NCBI RefSeq assembly: GCF_009914755.1
Contig: NC_060941.1
Strand: one strand, 5' to 3'
Length of the DNA: 64,000 bases
From: the human T2T-CHM13v2.0 reference genome, Homo sapiens
Under the pieces are notes generated by a model. The model was not told the DNA's origin and made no database searches. It saw only the letters and a list, made by a program, of their open reading frames with translations. Below, one piece after another: positions 43,110-56,875 of this stretch. A program made the translations under genes and the position numbers. Each line of letters opens with the position of its first letter. The stretch's first letter is position 1.

Positions 43110-43640
43110 TGTATTATCTATCTCTGTATAACAAATTACCCCAAAGTTTAATAGTTTAAAACAAAAAACGTTATTATCTCCCAGTTTCTACGGGGCAGGA
43201 ATATGAATGAGTCTTAGCTGGATGCCTCTGGCTCAAGTTCTCTGAAGAGGCTGCCATCAAGCTGTTGGCCAGGAACATGGACTCATCTGAAGACTCAACT
43301 AGAGCTGAAAGCTCCAATCCCAAGCTTGCTCACGTGGTTGTCATCAGGCGTCAGTTCCTTATGAGTTATGAGGCTAAAGATCTTAGTTCCTCGTCACACC
43401 ACATAGGCCTCTCCAAAAGACCACTCACAGTATGGCAGCTTGCTTCCTCTACCACATGTGATTCAGGAAAGACAGCAAGAGAGAGCACACCCAGGGTGCA
43501 AACCACAGTCTTTTTATAACCTATCTCAGAAGTGCCGTTCTATCATGAATACTGCATTTTATTTGCCAGAAGTGAATCATTAGTCACTTAGTGGAAGGAA
43601 ATTACACAAGAGCACAAATAACAGGAGATGGAGATCATTG
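43110..43640 (-). mobile_element. MLT1F-like MaLR LTR
   Basis: tgtattatctatctctgtataacaaattaccccaaa...tcatctgaagactcaact...gtctttttataacctatctcagaagtg. Confidence 0.8.
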
Positions 43641-43751
43641 CCAGAGCAGGGGTTGCAGGGTGGTCGGGACTTGGTAATCCCACTGCAGGAAAAGCCATTT
43701 AAAGCCTTGGCCCAGTACTTGCATCTCAGGATGTCAAGAATAAGAGATCAT

Positions 43752-44073
43752 GGCTGAGCATGGTGGCTCACACCTGTAATCCCCACACTTTGGAAGTCCA
43801 AGGTGAGAGGACTGCTTAGGCCAGGAGTTCAAGACCAGCCTGGGCAATATAGCAAGACTCTGTCTCTACAAAAACAAATGTTTTAATTAGCCAGGATATA
43901 GTGGTTCATGCCTATAGTTCCAGCTACTTGGTAGGCTGAGGCCAGGGGATCATTTGAGCCTAGGAGTTGGAGATTGTAGTGAGCTATGATGGTACTACTG
44001 CACTCCTGCTAGGTGACAGAGAGAGAGAGAGACACTATCTCAAAACAAAAAAAAGAAAAGAAAAGAAAACCAA
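43752..44073 (+). mobile_element. AluJ
   Basis: perfect TSD aataagagatcat (43739, 44074). Confidence 0.92.
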
Positions 44074-44483
44074 AATAAGAGATCATGATCTCAGTAACTG
44101 AATCCTGTGGAGAAGAAAGAATGGGGTTCTTTGTTTCCAGTATTGGCTCTGCCACTATTTGATTTGCAAATCTGGCAGGTCACTTGGCTTCTCTGACCCT
44201 TGGTTTTCCTCCAACGAATGAACCCCTAGAGACAAAGATCTTGTCTGATTTACTTCTGTATACATCAAAGACCTCACAGAGCATTTGGCACACAGTCAGA
44301 GCTTAATGAATATTTGCTTAATTAATTAATTACACTATGTTGAAAGGTTGTGAGGATCAAAAAATATAGTTGAGTGTTGTAAGTCATCAGATCACAGAGA
44401 CCTAGTGCTACAAAATCTTAACCATGTGAAGGTCTTATCATGAAACAGAAGTGGACTAAACCGTGCTAAAGGGCAGAAAACCA

Positions 44484-44560
44484 TTAGATTGGTGCAAAAG
44501 TCATTGCGTTTTTGCATTGAAAGTGATGACAAAAGCTGTGATGACTTTTGCACCAGCTAA
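44484..44560. mobile_element. MADE1 (Hsmar1-derived mariner MITE)
   Basis: 77-bp palindrome ttagattggtgcaaaagtcatt...atgacttttgcaccagctaa followed by TA. Confidence 0.92.
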
Positions 44561-45759
44561 TACCATTCTCCCATCTCCCTGTGTCTGAAGCAAGGCTCTT
44601 CCCTTCCTTCCTCAAAATGGAATAGCCCTGAATTACCTGTTTTTTAAATGATGGCTTTTCTTATCTCTTTTGTTTCAGACTATGCCTACTATAACTTTTT
44701 TTTTAATCTAAAGTGTTTTATGACCCCCTCATGGAACCTAAGTTATCCTGTCTCATAAATAGAATGTAGGCAACTTGAGGGCCCTCAAAGCATAGTGGTA
44801 GACTTAAGAATGATGAAAATATCTAGAATTGAGAGCAAGATTAGTGGTACTAGCCATTGTAAGGAAAGAAAGTCCCAGAAAGACAATGATTGGATGCCTT
44901 TTCTCCTACTCTTCATCATGGGATCAGGGTTTTGTGGGACAGAGGAGACAGAATAAAGAAAAGGTGGAAAAGATAATAATGGCAAAAACTTATGTATAAT
45001 GTCTCTGTAAAGTCTCTTCTCCAGTAATCTTGAGATGTCACATCATTTCCTCCTGTGTAACTTCTTGCTTCATAAGGACAAAATTTCCCAAATCTCTGCA
45101 AGCTGAATTCATTCCTCTGCATAACCTAAAAGGCCATGACTAAAGAGAAAAGCATCCCTGTGCAAGTAAAGGAGACAAGAAGGGAATGTTCATGGAACAT
45201 GTGAGGTAGTGTGTATGAATGCAGGACCCACCTGCACCAGGTCACCTAAGGTACTTAGGTTAAAATTCTGATGCTCAGTCTTTACTCCAGCCCTCTGAAT
45301 CCAACTCTCTGGAGAAGAGGGAGGAATAAGAGTAGAAAATCTGTCCAGTGGTCTTTGTTGGGAAGGTGGGAAGAGTTGGGAAAGATCTGTGCCTGGCAAG
45401 TTTCCAGCCTGGTAGGGTGTTATCCAAAGCAGACAGACTGGAAATGCAGGTCTGCCCTTGAAACCTCTAAAGGTCAAAGTAGAGATGCTGAAATGAAGGT
45501 CATCTTTAAATTCTAAAGAGCAGGACTGAAAGCAAGAGACCACGCCAGTGGATCAGGAACTCAAAAGATTCTTTCATCAGTCAGGGTCAGGAGCAGGTAG
45601 AAGGCCCTGATAAGCGCTGGTAACAAAAAGGGGTTCTTATTTACCATGGTGGTCGGGTCCATGGGTGGGTCTGCCTAGCCTAAAGGTTTTTCTTCAATTG
45701 TTGCACACCCAAGAGGAATGCTGTCTCCGCCCACCATTTCCCCTGCTGTCACCTTCCAC

Positions 45760-46350
45760 GACTCTAACTCAGATTTGCTGAGATTGACAGAGCTGCCAGG
45801 GGAGCCAGCCGGGCTGTCTGGTGTGTGTAGTTAAAAATAATCTTTAGAGATTGCTAAGCTGGCTTCTGAATATCTGTGGCTCTAATTAATGGGTGATCGT
45901 CATGCTGTTATATGAATTTGAAAACTACTGCTTCCAGAATGCATTGTTGCCCCAGCTGCTGTCTGCCAAGCCACCCCATATTGTCCCCATCACCCGCTGG
46001 CCCCCACCCACCCCAATCTGTCACCCCCAGGGACCAAAACCTGTGCTTAATCCACTGGATTCCAAGTCTTGGCCTGGTTACCAAAAGATACCCTGAAAAA
46101 CAGCTTGAACGCAGAGAATAACAAAGGGGCTTCATCACAGCTTATTTTACTTATTTATTTTTCTCGGGGATTTCTCTGCTTCAGCCGCCTCAGGGGGCAG
46201 GTACAACAAAATGACAGAAATGAAAACACTGAGCCACATTAAAATGCTCTACCAGCAACAGCCAAATCCTGAGGCTTTGAGAATAAGCTGACAGCAAGTG
46301 CAGCTGTCCCTCTGCTAGCGACACGAGTGTAGGCTGATTGATGGTTTTGG
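45760..46350. promoter_or_regulatory. candidate enhancer (PBX-HOX/MEIS, MEF2, homeodomain, SOX, TFAP2 motifs)
   Basis: repeat-free; GATTGACAG 45782, TTAAAAATAA 45831, CTAATTAA 45882, CATTGTT 45942, GCCTCAGGG 46187, TGACAG 46213/46289, TGATTGATGG 46335. Confidence 0.45.
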
Positions 46351-46399
46351 GCTTAAGCCCAGGAGTTTAATGATAATGATGATGGTGGTGATGATAATT

Positions 46400-46640
46400 A
46401 TTATAATAATAACTAACTTTTATTGAGTGTTTTCTATGTGCCAGAAACTGTTCTATGCATTGTGTATATCTCTATCTGCATCTCTCTCTGTAATATCTAC
46501 ATATCTAAAATCTTATTTAATTCTTACTGCAGTTCTATGAGGTAAGAAATATTATTACCCCATTTTACAGAGGAGGAAGCTGAGGCCCAGAGGATTTCAA
46601 TAACTTGGTAAATGAGTTGTGGGGCTGGGACATGAATGGT
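46400..46640 (-). mobile_element. MIR
   Basis: ttttattgagtgtttctatgtgccag...cccattttacagaggaggaagctgaggcccagagg. Confidence 0.8.
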
Positions 46641-46829
46641 TTCTCCTTCATCATTACTCAAGTCTTCTGTAGAAATATGATGAAATATATTGCAGAAAAA
46701 CAACCTCTGGATCCCTACTGTTTGAATCCATTCCTGAGTTCACATACTAGTTCTGATATTTACTAATGGTGTGACCTTGGCCTCAGTCTTCTCAACTATA
46801 TAACAGCGAGTCAAATGCCTCCCTAATTT

Positions 46830-47230
46830 TTTCAGTTGGGTCCTTTCGACTGTGAATTACAGAGTCGTTCAATCAAGTCACCTCATGAAAAGGGGAATTT
46901 ATTGAAAAGATATATGCTGTACTAATATTTTTTTTAGAACTACAGTATTTGAGTGCAAGTAATAGAAAACCAACTCAAACCAGCTTAATCCTAAAAGGAG
47001 ATTCCTTGGCTCACATAACTCAGAAGGATGAGATAAGGTGCAGGTGAGAGACAGCTTCAGGCCTCTCTGGATTTGGGGCTCAAATGACGTGCCTGAGCAA
47101 CTTTGTTACTCTTTCCGCTTCTCAGTTCTGCTTCTCTCTCTGTATTGGCCTCATTCTTTGCTGCTATAGTTGGGCTTCCACTCTTGAGCCTGCAAAGATG
47201 ACCACAAGCAATCCTAGCTTCCACGAGCCA
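46830..47230 (-). mobile_element. MLT1J/K-like LTR fragments
   Basis: tgcaagtaatagaaaaccaactcaaaccagctta...ttggctcacataact. Confidence 0.6.
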
Positions 47231-47239
47231 GGAATAAGC

Positions 47240-47397
47240 AAGCAAAGAATCTAACCAAAGTCTTAGAGACAGTGCAGCCCTGCTGACACCTTAATTTTGA
47301 ACTTCCAACCTCCAGAACTGTGAGATAATAAATGCCTGTTGTTTTAAGCCTCCCAGTCTGTGGTACTTTGTTATAGCAGCCCTGGGAAGCTAACACA
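47240..47397 (+). mobile_element. MLT1B/C 3' fragment
   Basis: gctgacaccttaattttgaacttccaacctccagaactgtgagataataaatg...gctaacaca. Confidence 0.8.
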
Positions 47398-47984
47398 GTC
47401 CCCTTCTCTTTCCTCACCTCGGGAGGTGAGAGCTGGCAGGTGATCCAGCTTCGCTGTGTTGAACTCCATGTATCCGACCATGGCCTCTGCTCTTTTTTAT
47501 GCCTGGCCACCTCTGCACCCATAAACCTGTCACAGAGGGAGTCCTGAGACTCATGTCCACAGCATGGATGCAACTCAAATAATTCCTCAGCCTGGTATTC
47601 CTTAGCACAATTAAGTCCCAACAAGATACAGAAGATTGCAACCCCCACACCATGCTTGATTCTCAGTAGATAAGCAAGCTAAGTGTCCTCCCGGAGTGCA
47701 GTTCTGCCTTGCCCAGTCACAGATCTGCTATCAAACTTTGTTCCTCAGGAGTCTTAGGATTTTTGCATTAATGAGACTTTAATGGAGCAAAACACGTGGT
47801 GACATCTAATGGTGTCCAAGATAAACTGGGCCAGAAGACAAAAAAAAAAGCTTGGTAATAACCATGTAAATTATTTTACAAAGCCCTGCTTTAGAAATTC
47901 TTAACCCCTTAAACTCTTCCTATGCCTTATTTTCCATATCCAAACAATTACCAAAACCTGGCAATTCTACTTTTCAACGAGGAT

Positions 47985-48868
<884 letters not shown>

Positions 48869-48939
48869 AGTTTTATCTATAACTTGAGGGGCAGGAAAGC
48901 CCCCTGGTTGACATCTGCCTGACATATAGAAAGTGTGCA

Positions 48940-49250
<311 letters not shown>

Positions 49251-49458
49251 AGTGCTCACAATGTTCATTATTAATATGATTCGTCGAATGCTTAAGTCCC
49301 TTCTTACAGAGTGCTGTTTAACTTTCAGCTCAACTCCAAAAAGCTGACTATGAGATTAGGTAGGGGCTCTTGACTCTTGGCCCAGGCTCTTCTTATCATC
49401 ACCGACTGGGTCCTTTATGCAGACCACAATGGATTCACTACCAAGAGAACCCACTCCA

Positions 49459-49753
49459 GGCCGGCGCAGTGGCTCACTCCTGTAATCCCAACACCTTGCA
49501 GAGCTGAGGTGGGCAGATAACTTGAGTCCAAGAATTCGAGACAAGCCTGGGCAACATGGCAAAACTCCATCTCTACAAAAATTAGCTAGGTGTGGTGGTG
49601 CATGCCTGTGGTCCCAGCTACTCGGGAGGCTGAGGTGGAAGAATCACCTAAGCATGGGAGGTCAAGGCTACAGGGAGCTGTGGTCGCGCCTCTGCACTAC
49701 TCCAGCCTGGGTGACAGAGTGAGACCCTGTCTCAAAAAAAAAAAAAAAAAAAA
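49459..49753 (+). mobile_element. AluJ
   Basis: TSD agagaacccactcc (49444, 49755). Confidence 0.92.
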
Positions 49754-50209
49754 GAGAGAACCCACTCCTTGGATTAAACCATGCCCAGTTAAACCATGCC
49801 CAGGCTACTAACAATGACCATCAGGGTAATTTATAGGTTCAAGCAACAGTGAAGAAAGATGAGCAAGTGCTGTGGCAAAGGTAACAATAATTATAATGAT
49901 CACTCCTAAAGCCTGTGGCTCTGAGCTCCCACAGTAAAATCCTAGGCTCCCTACCCCTTCTCCCTCATCCTAAGACCCTTCTTCTTCCTCTCTTCCTCCA
50001 CCTTCCCCAGTCCCAGGAGAGTCCCTGAAGGGTTCACCAGCCTCTTCATTACAGAGATGAACATTACAGAGAGGAGTTACACAGAGGACACTGCCTGAGG
50101 GACCAAGATCAGAGACTGAGTCCAAGAGCAGGAGCTGGGGTGACCAGCCCACTGTCAGTCATTCTTTTCTTTTCATTGAATTGGTCTGTATTTTGAGCAT
50201 CATGTAAAA

Positions 50210-50390
50210 AAAAGTCCTTTGCATTTCCAAAGTGCTTTTACATCCATTATTCCAAAAGATATGTAGAGTGTGTCTATTTTGCAGGTGAAGCAGCTGGGCT
50301 TTGAGAGGGTAAGGCATTGCCAGAAGGTCACCCAGCTAATTGCAAACGATCTAGGGCCAGAAGATGGTTTCCCCCACTCGGACCTGAGTC
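50210..50390 (-). mobile_element. MIR
   Basis: caaagtgctttacatcc...attttgcaggtgaagcagctg...aaggtcacccagcta. Confidence 0.65.
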
Positions 50391-50479
50391 TCCTGTTGGC
50401 TGCCATCATCAATGCTTCACCAGCAAGAGTGACTCCCACTCTCTTGGTGGAGGATGGGGGAGCTCAGATTCAGAATATG

Positions 50480-50730
50480 GAGAATGTTCCAGATGTCAAC
50501 ATTTTAGCCTTAACAAATTTATTGAAAACACATTTCTTCAAAATAATTTATTCCTAAACAGTAAAGCAGTGGGGAAAGGCAGTTGTCAAAGAATGAATTG
50601 AACAGACAGGATAACAGACAGGTTAAGGGGAATAATTAGAGGCTTTTTCTCGTTGTTCAACAGCTTCTTTTTCAGGCCTGTCAATCACTGTTTATCACAC
50701 TTGAACCAAAACAATGATTTTTTTTTCCCT
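50480..50730. promoter_or_regulatory. candidate enhancer with perfect PBX-PREP/MEIS decamer
   Basis: CTGTCAATCA (=TGATTGACAG) 50678-50687, AACAATG 50710, TAATTA 50633, repeat-free AT-rich island. Confidence 0.45.
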
Positions 50731-51775
50731 CTCTGAGGCCAGGAGGACCTACTGGGGAGATAGTGACTAACGCTGAGGCAGGACCAGTGTGTCATACAGA
50801 CTGAGACTAGAGTAGCTCAAAATTGTTTATGTCAGCACAGAAACCAGGAGTACCATGCCAATAGGAAGGGCCCATGCCAGTAGCTACTATTACATCTGGC
50901 AGAAGGAGGCGCAAATATTTTTCTGAGATCCTATTTTGTCAGGTATTCTTTATTTAAACTTCTCAACAAACTTGCCAGATGGACACTTTTACTCCCATTT
51001 CATAGATAGAGATACCAAAGCTCAAGGTTGTTAAAAAGCATGCACACACAAAAAGAAAATGTGCACAGCTCCAGTGCTAACAGAACAGCACCATTCCAGA
51101 AGAACTGTCCATGGACACAACTAGGATGGGTATTAGGATCCCGATAGCAGGCTGAGGTTCAGGCAAGTCCCTGTCTCACTGGGACCCTGGGTACTAAGAG
51201 CAATCAATCTGGCTCCAGATAAGGCATGAAGCAGAGGAAGAGCAAATGCTTAACTCAGGGGCACAGGGTTAGGGAGGGAGCTCACCCTTGGCAAAAGAGG
51301 TGCCTAAACTGGGTTAGTGGCACAGTCATGTTCCAAAGCCCATCAAATGAAGTTCTGAGACTTTGGATGAAGCTTACCCACCTTGGAAGAAGTAAACCTG
51401 ACAGAGGGAAAGAATGCAGGGTTTTAAGTGGGTGCAGATGGAGGAGCTGACCCAGGAGGAATAAGAGAAGACTTCCTGGAGGAAGGGGTGGCCACATTGA
51501 GTGGTAGCCACGTATGTGAAAGTGGAGGAAAAGAGAAAAGAATTCCCAGCAGAGAAGACAAGAAACAAAGACATGCATGTGTCAAAACATCACAAAATGG
51601 GGAGAAAACTATAGTTGGATATAACTTGAGTGTTAAACTTGAAGCAAGAAGTGGCCATTAATAAGCCAATAGCTGATAATAGCTAACTTCTACTGAATGC
51701 CTAGCACATTCCAGATTTTCTCAGTTTTACATATAGTATTCATTCATTCATTTCACAAATAGATATTGAGCACTA

Positions 51776-52354
51776 CAGGGATGGCTGCATGATGTGAGGG
51801 TGAAAAGTTTCAATGCACATTGAAAATGTGGGGCCTCTAGTTCAAAAGCAGGAAAAAGCTTTTTACCTCCTTCCACGGTCCCTCTCCACTAGTCATGGTA
51901 TTTTTTATTTGCTATTTAATATTGTATTCCTGAAGCACAGGGATACTGGCAGGGCAAGTACAGACCCTCACAGGCACCCACTGCCCTGCCCTGAGACTTC
52001 GATCATAGGCCACACATATGCCCAACTCTGACCCTCCTCATGTCCATGCCCAAGTCCCCTCTGAGGCATAAGGTGGCAGTTGCTGAGAAGGAATGGAAGA
52101 GGAGGTAGGTGAGAACCCATCTGGAAGAGGTGAAGGACAACAGAGGCAAAATCACATGCGAATTGGAGCACGAAGCCCGTGAAGCATGCTCCAGTGTCCA
52201 GTCGGACTCACTTACAAAACACAGATGTAAAGATCAAATTATTAAGAATTTCAAGATGGCAACCACACAGCATTAAACTCCAAGTGCAGGGCCCCCTCTC
52301 TGAGCATGGGCCCCATGCACCTGCACTGGTTGCATGCCCTTGAACCTATCACTG
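51776..52354 (-). mobile_element. MER45B/C (hAT-Tip100)
   Basis: caggg start; attattaagaatttcaagatggc...gcattaaac...gggcccc...cactg end; degenerate 8-bp TSD gagcacta/gagtaccg. Confidence 0.75.
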
Positions 52355-53138
52355 GAGTACCGCCATGTGTTAAGTTCTGCTCTGGACTCTAAGGTACAGC
52401 AGTGAACAAGACAAAAACATCCTGCTGTCTTGCAGCTTACATTCAAGTGGGGAGAGAAAACCAACCAAATTAGCAAGGCAAATATATGGTATATTTAAGG
52501 GTCATAAGTAAAATGGATGAAAATGATGCAAGAAGAGAGTATAGTGGTACTGGAGAAGGTGCAGTTTTTAAGATAGATGTCTAGAATAGGCTCATTGAGA
52601 AGATGACTCTTGAACAAAGATTTGAAGGAAGTGAGAAAATAAGCCAAGAGCATAGGTGGGGAAGACTGTTCCAAGCAGATAAAAGAGCAAATGCGAAGGC
52701 CCTGAGTCAAGAGTGTGCTTGCCTTGTTCAAGGAAGGCGGTATAGATAGAATGGGACAAGTGAAGTGCAAGAGATGCAATCAGAGAAGAAGCAGAGGTAC
52801 AGATCATGTAGGGCCCTAAAGGTCATTTTAGGGACTTGGGCATCTCTGAGTGAGATGAGAACCTGTGGAGAGTTTTAAGGGGGAAGTACTATAACTGGAC
52901 ATATTTTAAAAGAGTTACTCTGGCTGCTATGTGAAGAAGGGATGACTGAGCTGAGTGTCAAATTTTGAATGGTAGCAATGCAAGTGAAAGTGGAGGATGA
53001 GGACAGGAGAAATAGCATGCAACTGGAGAGTATTGCAATAATCCTGGTGAGAGATGATAGAGATTTAGACCAGAGTGGCATCAGTGGCAGATGTGAGAAG
53101 TGATCTGATCTTTGCATGTACTATATTTTGGGGGGGCC

Positions 53139-53438
53139 TTTTTTATTTTTGTTTGTTTGTTTTTGAGATGGAGTCTTGCTCTGTCACCCAGGCTGGAGTA
53201 CAGTGGCATGATCTTGGCTCACTGTAACCTCTGCTGCCTGGCTTCAAGCAATTCTCCTGCCTTAGCCTCCCGAGTAGCTGGGATTACAGGTGTGCACCAC
53301 CGCACACGGCTAATTTTTGTATTTTTAGTGGAGATGGAATTTCATCATGTTGGCCAGGCTGGTCTCAATCTCCTGACCTTAAGTGACCTCAGCCTCCCAA
53401 AGTGCTAGGATTACAGGCCTCAGCTACCACACCCAGCC
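53139..53438 (-). mobile_element. AluS
   Basis: antisense Alu; flanks catgtactatattttg / catgtattgtattttg. Confidence 0.9.
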
Positions 53439-54234
53439 CCATGTATTGTATTTTGAATCAATACATTTTCCCCAAAATTAGATATGGGATAAGAGAGGAA
53501 AAGAGGACTCAAAAGTTACTCCAGAAATTCTGGCCAGAGCAATTGGAAGAATGTTGTCATTAACTAAAATGACGAAGAATGTGGATGAAGCTGGTTTTAG
53601 GAGAAAACTGGGAATTAGATTTCAGACAGGTTGGGTTTGAAATGCCTGTTACACTCCAAACACAGATATAAAGTAGACAGTTGCATGTGAGTCTGAAGTT
53701 TGGAGGTGAGGCATAGACTGGAGATAGAAATATGTGAGTATTTAGTATAAAAATGGCATTTTTAAAACAATGAGACCGAATGAGATCTCCAAGGATCCAA
53801 GTGTATATACAGAGAAGAAGTTTAAAGACAGCCCTGGGGTACTCCAACATAAGAGTTTAAGATAAGGATGAACCAGCAAAGGAGACTGAAATGGTGAGGT
53901 CAATGAGATGAGAGAAAACCGAAAGGATGTGGTGTCTTCAAAGCCAAGTAAAGTCAGTGTTTCAAGAAGAGATTGATCCTCAGTGCTAAATGCTGCTGAT
54001 GCATCATTATGAGGAATGAACCACAGTAGGTTCAGTGGTGTTGTGGGAGTGAAATCCTGGCTAAAGTAGATTTAAAAGAAAGTGAAACTGAACCAATTCA
54101 TTATTTTGAAAATTAGCAAGTAAATGGGAAAAAAAAACTCCAAATATCTATCCTCTTTTTCCTCAAGGTAACCAGAGTTAATGAGGAGAAGTTTCATGTA
54201 GATGTATTCAGCCAGCAAATAATGAAGGAATGAG

Positions 54235-54503
54235 GGCCTACTGCAGTAGCTCATGCCTGTAATGTCAGCAGCTTGGAAGCCCAGGAATTCAAGACCAGCC
54301 TGGGCAACCTGGTGAAACCCCATCTCTACAAAAAATACAAAAATTAGCTGGCGATGGTGGTGCACCCATAGTCCCAGTTACTTAGGAGGCTGAGGTAGGA
54401 GGATCACCTGAGCCTAGGAGGGTAAGTCAGCCGTGAGCCATGTTCATGCCACTACACTCCAGCCTGGGCAACAAAGTGAGACCCTGTCTCAAAAAAAAAA
54501 AAA
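54235..54503 (+). mobile_element. AluJ with left-arm deletion
   Basis: Alu dimer missing part of left arm; gaaggaat flanks. Confidence 0.85.
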
Positions 54504-54962
54504 GAAGGAATAATAGAATATCATCATTTTTGCAACTCCTGATGAATGAATGGATCTTGACAATGCTCACCAATGGCACTATAAAAAGAAATATGTACTT
54601 CCAAATAACAAAGAGCCTGAATCTAATTAAGCCTCTAGTTCTATCAATTTATAAAAACCACAGGGAGAGAGGAACCCATTTAGCAACACCACAGGGATGC
54701 AACAGGAAAATCCAGTCTGGGGGAAAATCTACAGGAAAAAATGGTCTTGTTTCTTCAACAAAAACATGGCAAAAATGAAAAAAAGGGTGGAGAGAGAAAC
54801 CTCTAAATTAAACGAGATTTAAAGGTAAATCAACAAATTACAATGAATGATTCTTATTTATAGCTTGATTCAAACAAACAACACTGAAAAAAATCCTGAC
54901 ATTTGAAATAATTGAAAATTTGGACAATGACTGGATTCTTGATTATATCAAAGAATTACTGA

Positions 54963-55264
54963 GGCTGGGCACAGTGCCTCCCACCTGTAATCCCAGTACT
55001 TTGTGAGACTGAAACAGGAAGATTACTTGAACCCAAGAGTTCGAGACCAGCCCAGGCAACATAGGGAGACCTCCATCTCTACAAAAAAAACATTTTAAAA
55101 TTAACAGGGCCTGGTGGTGTGTGCCTGTAATCCCAGCTATTTGGGAGGTTGAGGTGGGAGGACTGCTTGAACCCAGGAAGTTAAGATTGCAGTAAGTCAT
55201 GATCATACCACTGTACTCCAGACTAGGTGACAGAGTAAGATTCCATTACTACAAAAAATAGGGG
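54963..55264 (+). mobile_element. AluJ
   Basis: TSD aaagaattactg / aaaaaattactg. Confidence 0.9.
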
Positions 55265-55497
55265 AAAAAATTACTGTTATTTTTTGGATATGATACAGTG
55301 TGAGGTTTTTTTTGTAAAAGAGCTCCTATCTTTTAGAAGTACATATTGAAAATTCTACAGATGAAACTATATGCCTGAGATTTGTTGCAGAATAATCCAG
55401 GAGAAGAGGTGAGACATAAAACATTAGCCATAAACTGATAAGTACTGAAAATCTGGTGATGCGTACATGAGAATATACTAAGTCTTTTTCTCTTTGA

Positions 55498-55800
<303 letters not shown>

Positions 55801-55899
55801 TTCATGTATGTTTGAATCTTTCTATAATAAAAAGTTTTAAAAATCCTTTCAAAGAGTTTTGCTGTAAAGGAGATAAAAGAAATGAGGCAGTAGCTGGTA

Positions 55900-56070
55900 C
55901 TATGTAATCCTCAAGAACAACTCTTTGAAGAAGGTATCATTACTATCATTCCCATTCTACAGTTATGAAGTCTAAGTTAAGTGACTTGTGCAGGGATGCA
56001 CAGTAATGACAGAGCTGGGATAAAAAACCAGGTAGTTTGTCTTTGGAGCTCTCGCTCTTAACCACTGTAC
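55900..56070 (-). mobile_element. MIR
   Basis: taatcctcaagaacaac...cccattctacag...gttaagtgacttg. Confidence 0.65.
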
Positions 56071-56875
56071 TATGCTCAGTACGTTAAATGTGGGGAAATA
56101 ACATGGTCAGCTTTGCATTTGGGATCACTTTGAAAGACTTGCAGACGACAAAATTGGAGGCAAGGGGACCAGCGAGGAGTCTACTGCAATAGTCTAGGCA
56201 GGAGATGATGGTCACCTCCACCAGGGAAGTGGCAGTAGAAATGAGAAAAGTGGAAGAATTGCAAAGATATATGGAGGTAACACCGACGAGGAGAGCTTGG
56301 CAAGGCTAGAAGAACAAGAATGCGGAAAGGGTCAGTTATGGATGTCTGATTTACAGCTTGGGTCAGTGAAATAGCTGAGACAGATAGGACAAAAGGAAAA
56401 CTAGAGTGAGGTAAGAAATGAGTTCATTTGGGACATATTCAGTGCTGCCTGTGCTCCCTATTGGGGAAAATATCAGAATTGAAGTCACCTCCATTTATTG
56501 GCAGAGTTAGCTTCACCTTGTTAGTAACTACAAATGATGGGTTCCTGGTTGAGGAAGAAGGTAAGCATGATTTTCACTGATGCCCCTCTCAGGCAGAGCA
56601 AAGGCCATGAAGTTAATGTTGTGCCTCCAGATTCTGGCCTAAATACCTCCTTCCTGAGTCGATTTCCTAGGGCCACCCTCCTTTCCAACAAATAGACATG
56701 GTTCTACCAAGGTCTTGGCTTCAGCCCTAGGAAAATTGCACATGGTAAAAGGAAAAAGCTTGTAAGTTAGACATATTTCATATACAGAGGTTGCAGTTTA
56801 AGGAGGATGATGACCACTTACTAGTTGTGGAACACTGGATAAATTTGCTTAACTTTTCTGAGTTTTGTTTCCCCT

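Larger units (their letters stand above)
51738..54085 (-). mobile_element. long L2a, interrupted by MER45 and Alu
   Basis: ttcattcattcatt...ttgagcacta | gagtacc...cagcagtgaacaagacaaa...; L2 pattern continues to ~54085 and resumes near 55845. Confidence 0.85.

Noticed and set aside
44630-45145. Possible very old LTR
   Set aside because: The end resembles an LTR terminus but I cannot assign a family from memory; needs a Dfam search
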